A DNA stretch of 56,330 nucleotides from Actinomycetota bacterium (GTDB lineage Bacteria; Actinomycetota; Acidimicrobiia; IMCC26256; VFJJ01), in the NCBI GenBank assembly GCA_009886115.1, contig VFJJ01000021.1:1-56330 (forward strand), given 5' to 3'. Positions within the stretch are counted from its first letter, which is position 1; each line of letters opens with the position of its first letter. The position numbers and the translations under genes were made by a program. Below the pieces are notes generated by a model. The model ran no database searches. It had not been told where the DNA came from and saw only the letters and a list, made by a program, of their open reading frames with translations. This document shows positions 55,931-56,330 of this stretch, piece after piece.

Positions 55931-56329
55931 TCAGACGTCGTAGTGCTCGGCCTCGGGCTCGACGTGCTCGGGCTCGTGGTACTCGGGCTCGGGGGCCGCG
56001 TACGGCTCGGGCTCGTGGTGCTCGGGAGCGTACGGCGCAGGCTGCTGCTCGTAGCCCTGCTCGGTGTACTCGGTGTTGAAGCTGTCGTGGACGGCGACAT
56101 CAGTCTCGACATCGGCGTTGTAGCTGTCGTTGGTGCTGTTGTCGGAGTTGTCGGTGTACTCGTGGCTCTGGTCGACCGTCGCTGTGCCGTCGTCGCCGAC
56201 TGCGGCGACGTTGGAGTTGTAGGCGTCGATGTCCTGGGCCGTGGCGTCGCCGTGGACGGTGGCGGCGCTGCCGTCCTGGGCGGTGACCTGGGTTCCGGAG
56301 CCCTGGTTGATCGGGGATCCGTCGCCGGA
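55931..56329 (-). CDS. 3' part of an IniB-like Asp/Asn/Ser-rich low-complexity protein (runs off the window)
   Basis: ..DNSDNSTNDSYNAD..DSFNTE..(HEPEP/Y) repeats..YDV*; located upstream of iniA. Confidence 0.65.
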   Translation of the reverse strand, partial: SGDGSPINQGSGTQVTAQDGSAATVHGDATAQDIDAYNSNVAAVGDDGTATVDQSHEYTDNSDNSTNDSYNADVETDVAVHDSFNTEYTEQGYEQQPAPYAPEHHEPEPYAAPEPEYHEPEHVEPEAEHYDV

Positions 56330-56330
56330 G

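Overview
High-GC actinobacterial chromosomal window, probably Acidimicrobiia-like (inferred from gene order and gene types, not verified). It is dominated by respiratory genes. In order: (1) a b6f/b6c-type Rieske/cytochrome b operon with split cytochrome b, a heme-ci Cys, an in-operon 2x[4Fe-4S] ferredoxin, a di-heme cytochrome c and small membrane proteins (1-5835); (2) a convergent rex-hemA-hemC-hemD-hemB-hemL operon; (3) a cupredoxin lipoprotein, a membrane protein, a ~195-nt strongly self-complementary intergenic element facing an unannotated 29-aa hydrophobic peptide, a DUF62 SAM hydrolase, an excisionase-like HTH, proC and a NYN protein; (4) a geranylgeranyl reductase (MenJ-like) gene and a complete 14-gene nuoA-N operon; (5) a decayed hipA with intact hipB and an operator array, then a patatin; (6) a second, 11-subunit complex I-like operon lacking nuoEFG, preceded by a Rex box and followed by a MidA/NDUFAF7 methyltransferase; (7) an IniR-like ATPase-LuxR regulator converging on iniB(partial)-iniA-iniC dynamin-like genes. 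Best leads: the candidate type I TA-like or structured-RNA locus at 13.9-14.4 kb; a possible ferredoxin-linked b6c plus N-module-less complex I circuit; paralog-specific NuoD residues (MidA target Arg, Q-site Tyr to Trp); and selective Rex operators. All calls come from motif recognition by eye; no database searches were run.
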